DNA of 64,000 bases from Ophelia neglecta (Eukaryota), in contig OZ260666.1 in assembly GCA_965285935.1 (NCBI GenBank), positions 45,756,001 through 45,820,000 of the forward strand, given 5' to 3'. Shown one piece after another: positions 52,601 through 64,000 of this stretch (the stretch's first letter is position 1; the number at the start of each line of letters is the position of its first letter). The position numbers were made by a program, and so were the translations under genes. Below the pieces are notes generated by a model. It made no database searches. It was not told where the DNA came from and worked only from the letters and a program-made list of their open reading frames with translations.

Positions 52601-55600
52601 TCAGGCGCCGAGGGACGTCCTTCAGTTGAAACCCTACATGACACTAATTCAATAAGGCGAATAGCAGGAGAAAAGCGCCATTATGATTTCATAGAGAAAA
52701 TCTGCATACGTAGATAAATTTGTTCCGAAAGATTATTGAAGTAATTAACAGACAGAAATGACTATGCATCTGATACATGTTTAATGATCTTGTTATTTTA
52801 TAAAAACATGGGGGAAAATTTAAGTAATGACATTCTTCTCACATGTTTGCCGCACAAAGGGCGAGTTCTATTTATTCCATTGATGTTTCTCGGTATATTA
52901 CAACTAGATCTCTCGAGGCGCACTTATTGTTTTAAGGAGTTCAGTCATAATTCAATTTCTGATATAACTTAAGACTATACCCAATAGCCAAACAAAAATT
53001 TAATTCATTTCTTCTTGAATTATATCCAAGAAAAACTGGTAAAGCCACTATGGAAGGGTCAACAGATGAGTGTCAATTGTATAAAGATCAGCCTAAAGAT
53101 TGATACATTCTTGTATCCTTACGTATATGTGTCTGCCGTGTGACCATTCTCAGACACTCTGCACCCTGATGTTGATTTGCCTGACGGGTTTTCAATCCCG
53201 TTTTAAGAAATGTACATACTCCGTCTTGAACTATGATATGGATTTTCCTGCCAGTTATCGACCCCCTTTGTTTTAAGATATGAGCATAATCTTGAACAGT
53301 GGTGCTGATGTGTCTGAAGGTTCTCGAATTACCTTTCCTTTACTTTCCTGTTAGAAATTGACATATTCTTGATCATTGGTGTTGATTTGTGGGTGAGGTA
53401 CCAACTCCAGCATTTTTAAACGGGCTTGAGGTAACATAAAACATATGCGCAGACTACACTGATCGCCTGATCGAATATGATTGGCGAGGGGACAGAAACT
53501 AATGACGTGTTGATACGGACGGGTCCATTATTATAGAAGGTTTAAAGGCCGGACTACTTAACCAATAGATCTCGCCGACAATCAAGCGGCAAATAAAGCC
53601 AACTTTATGACCCAATATCACTCTTTTCAATGACCAGCCACTGTGAAGACAATCCGCCTAGAAATATTCCACCGGCCATGAACGGTGAATGCTCGGCTGA
53701 CTGGGTTAGTATTGACAAAGCTAGTTAAAGCCGAGAGGGCATCTGTCAGTGAGAACAGAATTGAGGTAATGGGAACTAGCCGACAATAAAACGATATCAA
53801 GATTGCTATTCATTGAGGCTGATCACAAAAGATATAGCTAGTTAGGCGGACAAGATTGGGGATCACTAACTTCCGTTTCACTGATCTTGGGCTGTTCAAC
53901 ATATACCCGGGTATTCATGTCCGTCAGCAACTGAATCTGGCAGAAAAATTACGTCTTAAATGTAAGCTAGACCACGTAGCACTGGTTAACGCTTCCAATG
54001 CGGAGAAGCATCACACGCCAAGTTATGCTCAGCAAGGCTCTGAATAAGCAGCACGCCGTTTAGCATTTTAAATGTATTTTTACCGTATATCCTAGGACAA
54101 AAAATGATTAATTCAATCTTATTTTCATCGGGTTATTTTTAACAGATAATGACAGCACTCCACCCCAAAGACTGGTATTTCAAGGTATACTTTCTCATAA
54201 TTCAACCTAAGATAAGGAGCCGGTGAAAACATGATGGGTTTACCGTGGTCTCCCGAGTCTCCTTTTACCAGACCTTACCGCGCTACCCGAGAGTACCAAT
54301 TCTTGACGAAAGGCAAGTTGATACCCGACAGACAAAGCAATATCAATACGCTTTCTCCTAATTCTAGAATCTAAAGGTAAATGATCCCCATAAACACACG
54401 ATCAAAGAGGGGTGTAAAAGGTCTGGGTATTTGGTCGCTTAATCACATCAATAGTAAAATATAATGTTAATAGTGAACCAATCGAGCTTTTATTGTAACC
54501 GAACACAGGTATGTGCAATGTTATGTTCGTGTGAAGCAGATTAACATGTCCCCTAGCTCTAGCGTGACATTAAAAAAAACCACTCCAAGCCTTTGCAGTT
54601 TTTATTTATTACTGCTTTGGAGTTAAACAATGCATGGCAATTAGAACCTACGCGTGGGACAGTTCAAAGGGGAGTAATCGATCGTATTTTGACACTCCTT
54701 AAGTCTGATGGAATCGTTTATAGAATTCAACAAGTCTTCAAGGCGTGTGTCATACTGGATAATCATGGACTATCTATCTGTGAATTTGGAAAATTCCTTT
54801 TTAATACACTCAGGGGGTACACATATATGCCGAAACACATGACATTCACATCCCACCTTAACAATAATGCTTTCGATGGGGAAGTAAAGCAGCTTGAGAA
54901 ACTTAGGTGCACCACGTATGCGGTGACCTCGACAGTGAGTGTGTGAAAAGAAAGCCTTTCTATTGATAAAAGTTATGAAATGGCAAATTGTTTAAAGAAA
55001 CGTGTTTCAGCCGCAACTTTCAATCAGCATCCGGACGTGTATTAAAGAAGGTTCAAAGACGGAAGTCCCAAGTAGAAGTGATACATTTCGTACGCGAGGT
55101 TATATTACCCTAGGGTTTGGGTCCTGTAATCTTTACTGTCAGAGTATCAAATGTTTATATACCGGGCTATAAGTTGCTCCCATCCCAGTTTATGATCGTC
55201 ACTTATCAATAATCTTTAGGAGCCAGCTATCAGCATACTATATAGAGAATAAAATACAAATCGCACACACCGGTGCTACCAAAAATCTCATTCAGTTCTC
55301 GTGATGTCGGTAGTTACTGCATTGAAATATACAGCAAAGAGATTTCGTGAGTTGTAGTATGCTATACATATGACATGTCCCCATAGATAAGCCACCTATT
55401 CCACTTGCTAAAGCAGTCATCCTCTTCTTAGATACTACTATAGGTAAACAGGATCGCCTGCACCGTGAGAGCAATGGCCTTAGCCGCTGACAGTAGATCA
55501 ATCAGATCATCAGCCGGAGATATGGACGATCGACTACTGACAGGTGAAGTGCATTAATTACACCAGCTTTATGCCAAATTGGGCGAGCCATTAGTAAAGG

Positions 55601-58600
55601 ATCGAATTATCAGGATAATTTATTAAGCCAAGAAAGCATCTTAGCAGCGTCACTTAAAGGCGCAACATAGCTTAATAATAGAATTCGGGTCTACGATGAC
55701 CCTTCGCATAGATGGTGCTGGTGTTTGATATGCCATTGTCAATAAAGTGCATTTTGGGGATGTTTGTGCTATCCGCCTCTGGTGATTTCACGCATGCCCG
55801 CCCGCATTCCCCGGTGTAGTGATCGAAATGAGGCCTGCTAAGCCCAAGCTATCAACTCATCTCCAGTGACCTACTCTTCTCACTGCCTTTTATGACGGAC
55901 GATGCAAGTATAATTTAATGTCGCTGTGAGGAAAGTTCGCGATTCGGACGGCTACAACATAATTTGGTCATAATGTTCAGACGGCGGGCGCCTTTCCGGA
56001 CGGTCTACGGAGGGCAATGTCACGCTGATGTGGACGAGTACGACCGTGTGCGAATTTCTGATAACGACAATGTGTCTAATTCTGTTTAATAACATGGTGT
56101 GACTTAAATGTTCTAACGGAAGGCACCTCAAATAGTCAGAAAACTCTGGACAAGAGGGTCTGTGACAATATCACGCTGCGCTTAGGTCAAATGTATCTTT
56201 AGGCTCATCTGAAAAGCTTTTTTGCCATCTGCATTGACAAAAAAACGGGAAAAGATATCCGGCAAAATGCCCGGCAGCTAAAAAAAACGTGTCGTCAGAC
56301 AGTAAAAATTAAAAAAATCATTAATCAGGCTTTATCAATTAATTCGATCCGAATTGGCTAGAACCTCTGTGCCAGCCGATTAAAATAGGCGTGCAGATGA
56401 TATAGACAGCCTGTGCTCCGTGCTCAGTCCAATGGTCTCTCATTGATACAATGTCATTATAATCGATAGTACAAGACGTTCTCAATGCCATCCATCGTCA
56501 CATTTATCGGCTGCGATAAATCTTTGAGGACCAGATATGTGTTTCTAAAGCGATTATAATCTGATAAGAGCCCGACAGCGCCACACATCGGCCCAAGAGA
56601 ATATCCAAAGACATTCCCTTAAGTAATCACATCCTAACCCAGCTTTTAAAAGATAGCAAACACTAAAACGGCAATCATCCCAGTACGGATATTTGGCGGT
56701 GACAGGACCAATGAGATATGATGTGGGAAAAATGATGAGACGTTAGTGGTAATCAATCAGAATAATGGAAGGCGCAAAATGGACATGTCGTCTTTCCGAG
56801 ATAAGCCCAAGTAGGGTAGACTTGCCCTTATGGTAATAACTGCCAACTGAATGTATCAACCACGAAGAGAAGCGAGTGTCCTTTACAACAGATCTTGCAT
56901 CATCATGATCAGATATCACTTTGATAAACGATGTAATAAACAAGAGGCATAAAGCTGACATACAGAGCCTTGTCAAATAGACAATAAGGTACCATACCTA
57001 GACGACGCAGATTCGTGGCTGCGGCACAGAAACAATTCAATATTATAGTACGGTAAATATCATTGTCTAGGTTATAATTGAACATAATTCCTTAAACACG
57101 GCAATGGTAAGTTCTTGTATACTTTTGCAACAAAACTTGGAGCAGATTCGGTAGGCTAGAATTAGAAAAATATGATCTAAGGAGGAAATCAGATAATGGA
57201 CCGCTTGGTGTTCTGATGCCACCCTTAAGGATTAATGGGGTGATTTACTACGGCAAGGTTTAATCATTGTCTTGTTTGTACCAAAACTTACTAGCACGTT
57301 TGTTTTCCTCTAGCCAGGAGTCACACTGCAAGTATGTCAACTATACTATGTATTGTCAACGTGTGCGTGACGTGACTCTAGAGGCTCTCAAGCAGTCTCT
57401 TTAGTGAACATTGATATATGTTGCACAAGTTGCACGAGACCCCGTTTACCTTTTCAAAACGTTACGATGTTCACGTAGTCCCAGAGCATGGAAATGATAT
57501 GTCGTTTGATGTGAGGATGAAACAGATGTCTCTGACGGCCATCCTTTAATTGTAAGTATTTGCTTCATTTCTTTGAAGTTAAAAGATCGCCACTTTGCCA
57601 TGCTTACGAACTCGTCGGCTCATTGACATACAACTCAACCGCAACCGACAATGGAGTCCTAGAACACCGTTGAATGTATAAGATGAAACAACATAATGTT
57701 TGAAAAAGCCATAAGCATCTAACATCCACACCGCATGTGGCATTGAGGGCTCGCCTTCATCAAGGGCAGACGATGAGACATTTTAAAGTTGGTGTTCATA
57801 AATGATATTAAGTGACTTACCCGTCTTTTGAAAGTAGTTCGTACTTGGAGCTGGTGTTTGAGAGAAGACTCTCCGGGGTGGAGGGTGAGGGTTGGTCTAG
57901 TTTTATAAACATGCCGCACTGATTTGAAGTGTTTAGTCTGACTTTAGGCAATGGGTACTCCTACCTAGCTTTCAGCACCATGTAATCATGTATGACTTTG
58001 TCCAAAATGCTTGCCTACAACCATGCCACCCATCTCCCGATTCCTTTTGACACTCATTTTGATTTTCCTGGTATCAGACGCTTTAGTTGCAAGAATGTAT
58101 AAAGTTCCATTCTTGTGGTGTCCCTGTTTTCATCCTGCATCGACAGAGAGTGGAAAGTACGTTCAGCCCGGCCTGGGGCATATTCCTCGTCCGCCACTGG
58201 TCCAATCCTGCTAAGCATCACACGAGCGCGCGATGTAACTCAATAATAGTCAATGGGGTCAGCCGGCGGGTTTGAAAGCCGCTGTTTTGGCACATGGTCG
58301 ACAGCAGTGACATTCAATTTCCACTGTCTGCCAATGAAGGGTCTCACTTCCCTCTTCGCACCCCTCTGAATGGGCGACCAATAGGGTTGGCGGGTCAAGA
58401 TAGGGTCACGATTAATAGCCCCACACAGTGTGCCTTGAAGTCCACGAAATTTCCTCATCAAAGGTCGCCAAATAGGTCTTGATTAATCTATTTCTTCCCT
58501 TCCATTTGTGAATAGGTAGGCTGAAAGGCGAAAAACTTTCCTTGTGGTGCCGTCGAAGGAAAGCCAAAAGCTCACTCTCACTATCGCAACGCTCAATGTG

Positions 58601-61600
58601 CTCGAGCATCCGTCAGCATCACTTCCGGGAATTTAATTCCCATCGCAATTCTAATCACGCATGTTTTGGGAAGCAAAAAATCAACCCTGCTGCAGGCCGA
58701 AAATCCAATTTGCGTCTGTTTCTCCCAGACGATTGAGGATTCCAAAAAGGTGCGGTAATTGAACAATCATAAAGCTGTTATTGGCCAAAATTCTACGACA
58801 GACAAGGTCACATGGATTGTCCCCTCCTTACGATTTGACAACAACAGACGACAACCAGAATTATGGTTACACTTTTTATCACGAACATTACAAAAGAAGA
58901 AATACTAGCAGTGTGAATTCGTGTCACGTTTTAAATGGCATTATATTACAAGAATCTCCCCGAGTCTCCGGACAGCAGTGACATCCACGGGCGTGGCAGG
59001 GAAACATTGTTAGCACAACGGATGACTATCAGTCCTATCAGAACTGCATCAATCATCTTATAACGTAATTTTTGCTGAAATTCCCACCCACAGTCTGACA
59101 GACTTGGGTCAGTGGAGAAATGAGCAATAGGACAAATCAAGTTTCCTGAAATTGATTTCGAACATTAGCCATTCAACAGAACTGGCGAAACCCCAAGAAC
59201 AAATTCACACAGTTCAAAAGTTAGAGAACCTCCTGAAGTATTCCGTAACGGTAAGTGCAGCGGGGATTGTTGAATGACTAGAGTAAGATAACTTGGCATT
59301 AAAGTCATGCAATAAAAACTATTCGTGTAGTAAGGAATTCACTGTAATTTTGCCGAGCGGTGTACTTTATCAGGGCTTATCATGTGATGAAATTAAAAAG
59401 TACGCCAAAGAGAGGGAAAACGGACTCACATGCATTTCATAGGTACCTTCTTTAACGCTCATATAGGCCATCACGTGGAACATTATGTCAGTCAGAAACA
59501 TACAATTCGAATCAAGCAGAAATCCGCCTCTGACTTTTTTCGGCTTCGGATAAGTTATAATTTTAGTCCAAAAACACATATATTCTGATTAATTAGTTTC
59601 ATGAATTAAGTCATAAATCATTGGAAAACTCGTGCATGTCTACGTCTGGCACTCCTCTTGAAATTCGTTTTTCTCTCGTCTTGCATCGTGAAGAACAAAT
59701 TAAAGCTTCGTGTTCTGGTAGGCAAAGGAGCGAAATTGAATCTTCAATTGTCACGATCGAGCTATGCTGATCTCAAAAAACTAGTTCAATTTATTATTCC
59801 AATTAATAATAAAAAAGAGGATTCTTTATGACCCAATCATCACTCATAACCTTAAGTCATCTTGCACGTGTTTGTCATTGTTAAAAAATAGGGGGCATGC
59901 CTATTTATTAATTGCTCTCCCTCAATTAAGGAGAAGGGGTTCCATTAAAATCATAGTACTAAGTCTATATCTCATAGATCAAAGCCCTAAACTCCCCATC
60001 CACTTAGAGACACTGGTCATATGATTAATGAATGCCCATCCGGATTCTCTTATTGCAGGTGGCAACAAAATTACGTTTCCAAATACACCACAAATTGACA
60101 GCCTTGCGGCGTCAAGAATACTATATCATCCTCAACTAAAGGGTCGGATGAAACAATGTGATAATCCATCACATCAGCTGATAAACACTATTTGGAGGCA
60201 TTTATTCAAATGCATATTCTTTCATAGAATAACACGTGATAGCTTTTACTATAGTGTGAGATGGGCGTCAGTCTAATTGGCCTCAATAATAACAAGGTCA
60301 TTCAGGCAGGGTCAAACATAATTTTTTAAAGCACCACGCGTTAATACCCTTGTGACAAACCATCGGAGTGCCTTGGTTCATTACCGTTGCAGGGCAATAT
60401 ATACCTGTTACACAGTAACAAGATTATTGTTATAGATATGGAATATGTTTTGTTCACGTGATCAAAGACCTCAAGTGCCTGTTATAATTAAAGCCAGCGA
60501 TAATACTTATTATTTAAGTCAATAATACGGATTCATACTTTTTTTAAATGCAATACACAGGGGTGACCATCAAAGTCCATCACATCGAAAATGTGAATTG
60601 TCACATAGCATACAAAACCAGGGCCCAGTAATTGACCATCAATTGGTCTCTCCGTTAATCTCTCACTTTTTTCAGCAAGAAATGTCAATAGAAAAATTAA
60701 ATAATCAAGTTAACGAAAAATTCAAGTTATTTCTAGCAGTTCGAAATAAAAACCAATCTTGTTTTCTGATTTTATTCTGTTAGGTGGACATGATATTCAA
60801 TCCAATTTTCCGAAAATATCGAGAGAAATAACTGACGTTCATAATGAAAATCAGCAAAGAATGGTAATCACTGGTGGTCCATGATGTGATTCGAACCTAA
60901 CAACAACTGAGCCTCAGTCTGGTCAAATAACTGACACAAAACGGGGCAGGGGCAGTGTCCAGTAATATATCAGCTGAAATATTGGCAGATGTGCTCACAA
61001 ATAACACCCATTAGTTGGACATGTTTCCCTTGCGCCAAACCAGGAATTAAAGTGGCGCTTGTTGGTTGCTGATAAAAAGTTGTTCTCGACTTGCTAATGG
61101 TGATCTGTCTTAAAATCTAGGATAAAAATCACTCTGTGGCCTCGCGTCTCAACAAATTGATTACCTGATGTGATGTATTGCTCAATCTTTTCCGAGATTG
61201 GTACGCTTCGATTCCTCTGAAAAGACCTTTTCTTCACACATTGGCTACTGGTCTCAGGAAAACGCGACAGGGTGAGCTGCCTGTCTCAGGCAAACCAATC
61301 TTCAAGATTCATCTTTGATAAGGCAATCAAAGACATTTCAAGTTGTGCTTCTAATAGCAGCTTTGGCAGGAGCGAGTCTCGAGAGAAAAAAAATAGACAA
61401 GGAATTTAACTTGTTTATTCTAGATTCCTGATGGTCTTCGGGTAGGGAAATAAATTCGATCCTCCCTAAAGATGAATATAGCACCGTTGGCTGAGAGGAC
61501 ATGTAGCTACATCACTTTAACAAGTTGGCCAAAGCCTGCTTCTTGAATTAAGGGCAATTCAACAGCGAAAACAAGAAATCCACAGGCGCTCCTAATGATG

Positions 61601-62631
61601 CCAATTGTGCACAAGTATTTGCTTCTTATGCAACAATGATAAAAGTGAGACTATTATTTGTCCGAAATCTTACGAAACAGAGAGTTCATTTCAGCCTACT
61701 GCTGGATGTTATCCCATGAGAAGTTAAACAAGAGAATATTTTAACAAGGTGTGATCTTTGTCCGCTGCTTGGCAGTGACTTTGAGAATATCGAATGGGAT
61801 CTTGAAACAGAACAATACTATGTTCCACTAGTCAGGTAGTACACACACTTGGAAAAGTAGAGCTGGTCTCCTAATAGCATTTAGAGTTTCAAAGAAGTTG
61901 CCTCATATTGATTACTATCTCCATCAATACCGCGGCAGACAAATGTTCAATATTTTTCACCATTAAATTTCGTATTGTATTTTCTAGCGCTTCATAAACA
62001 AGGCACTCGTTGTTAATGTCATTCAGATGGAGTAATGAATCAATGTGTAAACGACATCTTAATCAAATTCATTCAGATATAACTTTATTAGGACTCTTAT
62101 ATTTAAAAGGAAATATCAAAAAGAAATCTAATATAGTATTACATGAACGTAAGAACCAGAGACATAGAATCAACTTAACACAATTATCTAGCAAAGAAAC
62201 AACAACTCCTTTAGAAAACCTGCATAAAACAATAAATGAAAGAGTCAGATGATCTAAGTAACACCTAGCCTGCAGTTGACTAGTAGATTATGAAGTATTC
62301 CTAATTATGATCGTCTGCTCTTGATAAAGGAGCAGGTGGTAGAATTCAAGAGCAAGGAATGGCGGATATCATTTCAATTCTTACAAAACGACCACAGCTA
62401 ATAAACTGTGCCTTAATTCGATACCTCCATTCCTCGGCAGCCCTTGGGGATAAAGATTGATTTGGCACTACCTCACTACACGAATAACACCGATAGAACC
62501 ATACTGAAACTAGGCCAACGCTGTCGGGGGGCCGACAGCAAGGGTTATATCCGCGAATGCGTGCAATAATCGAATGGGGAACATGGCATAAGGGGAGGTA
62601 GTGAATATGGTAGCTTTTAGTTGGCACAAAA

Positions 62632-63052
62632 GATAATGACCTTAACTAAATTTTGTTCAGGTCATTAATAAAGTTAAACTAGTTAACTTATTACCCAGTA
62701 CTAGTTAACTTATTACACAGATTGTAGTAGGTTCTATTTGACCTCAATAATAATGCAGGTCATTCTTAAAGTTGGTGTCATATGACCTCAATAATAATGC
62801 AAAACAACCCTAACTAAATTTTTTTCAGGTCATTAATAAAGTGAACTTATTTGTAGGTTCCATAAGATCTCAATAATAATGCAAAATGACCTTAACTAAA
62901 TTTTTTTCAGGTCATTAATAAAGTTAACTAGTTTACTTATAACACACATTGTAGTTGGTTCCATATGACCTCAATAATAATGAAAAACTGCCTTAACTAA
63001 TTTTTTCTGGTCATTAATAAAGTTAACTAGTTAATTTATTACACAGATTGTA
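62632..63052. repeat. Tandem array of ~80-105-bp units inside the HINE
   Basis: About 4 copies of gaccttaactaaattttttcaggtcattaataaagttaac...gacctcaataataatgc. Confidence 0.9.
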
Positions 63053-63056
63053 TATA

Positions 63057-63234
63057 CAGTGAAACCTGCCTTAAAGGCCACCTCTATAATCAGACCACCT
63101 GCCTATTCAAACCACTTATATAAGGACCATGATGTATACTTTCAATGATAAATAACCTGTCTAAACAGACCACCTCCGAAATCAGACCAGTATTTCCCAG
63201 TCCCTTCGGTGGTCTTAATTCACAGGTTTCACTG
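63057..63234 (-). mobile_element. pogo/Tigger-like MITE, copy 3 (inverted, nested in the HINE)
   Basis: Reverse complement of copy 2, 178 bp, with the same TIRs and TA on both sides. Confidence 0.92.
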
Positions 63235-63300
63235 TAGTAATTACATAAATCATGACACAAAACTTCAAGCCAATATCATCTATAGTTTGGAATATATGAT

Positions 63301-63604
63301 AGAAAATGTGTTTTTGACATAATTAATTAATTATTTTAACTAATTAATAATTATCAGAAATTCACCAGAATAAATACAGGTCTTCCTCTCAATAAGGTCT
63401 ATGGCTGTGTCAAATTAGAAAAAGATGTATCAAATATTTTTTGTGTTATTGCAGAAAATGTGTTTCTGACGTAATTAATTAATTGTTTTAACTAATTAAT
63501 AATTATTGGATTTTCACCAAAATCTAATCAGTTCCTCCTCTCAATAAGGTCTATGGCTGTGTTGAATTTGAAAAAGATGTACGTAATGGTTTTTGAGTTA
63601 TCGC
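63301..63604. repeat. Two 152-bp tandem core repeats of the HINE
   Basis: agaaaatgtgttt.tgac.taattaattaa...tcaataaggtctatggctgtgt...gaaaaagatgta starts at 63301 and again at 63453. Confidence 0.92.
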
Positions 63605-63621
63605 GTTAACGACTAAAATCT

Positions 63622-63687
<66 letters not shown>
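63622..63687. repeat. Perfect (GCG)22 microsatellite
   Basis: Uninterrupted trinucleotide run; it produces the poly-Ala ORF at 63606-63788. Confidence 0.97.
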
Positions 63688-63688
<1 letters not shown>

Positions 63689-64000
63689 TACTGAAAACAT
63701 AATATCCGCATTTCGCGGATATAATGAACAGGGCGTGCTGCCATCTCAAGGCAGTTTCAGGAAAGACTGGCCTTCCTAGCTTGATCATAATGTTGGCATC
63801 ATAGCTAGGTTAAAGTAGTGCAAACCCTACAAACAAATAACTAATAACTTACATTCAGACTTGTAGCACTAGCTAGCTATTGCGTTTTATCGCTACGTAT
63901 GTTATCCAGTGATGTATATATTCAAATTCAAGCTTTAACATGCAGGAAATATTGGTTTCGATTAAATGTCACTGGTGCATCGGAGAGTTACAATGATTTG

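Larger units (their letters stand above)
62510..63727 (-). mobile_element. Helentron-associated interspersed element (HINE/DINE-1/pearl-like non-autonomous rolling-circle element)
   Basis: Order on the minus strand: T|TC start; sub-TIR TTATATCCGCGAAATGCG within a hairpin (63702-63722); (GCC)22; two 152-bp tandem units; ~80-105-bp tandem units; second sub-TIR (plus TTATATCCGCGAATGCG, 62545-62561); 8-bp stem-loop GCTGTCGG/CCGACAGC (62520-62539); CTAG|TTT end. Confidence 0.8.

Noticed and set aside
60880-60925. GGTTCGAATC B-box on the minus strand (tRNA or SINE head)
   Set aside because: No cloverleaf or clear A-box; at most an eroded SINE fragment.
62632-63604. Repeat arrays considered as CRISPR-like
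   Set aside because: The units are contiguous tandem copies without unique spacers, there are no cas genes and the context is eukaryotic.
63606-63788. Poly-alanine ORF
   Set aside because: It is a product of the (GCG)22 microsatellite inside the HINE.

Overview
This is gene-poor, repeat-rich eukaryotic genomic DNA, probably from an invertebrate metazoan (roughly 40% GC by eye). I found no operons, CRISPR array, rRNA or tRNA genes, and no long ORF; nearly all ORF-track entries look like chance or repeat-derived frames. Best-supported content: (i) a complete Helentron-associated non-autonomous element (HINE/DINE-1-like) at 62510-63727, with sub-terminal inverted repeats, hairpins, a (GCG)22 microsatellite and two internal tandem-repeat families; (ii) three copies of a ~178-bp TA-flanked pogo/Tigger-type MITE, one nested in the HINE; (iii) a TAA-flanked PIF/Harbinger-type MITE filled with a 10-bp minisatellite; (iv) a decayed L2-clade LINE RT (15196-16497, minus) split by an insertion, and a decayed L1/Tx1-clade RT (49020-49635, plus); (v) several mini- and microsatellites and diverged local duplications; (vi) one convincing minus-strand coding exon (5705-5836) of an unrecognised acidic protein, with possible flanking exons; (vii) promoter-like motif clusters and candidate plus-strand exons. 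The oddest compositional signal is 11 copies of the palindrome TAGGCCTA, all in the first 30 kb. I cannot support a novel multi-gene system here.
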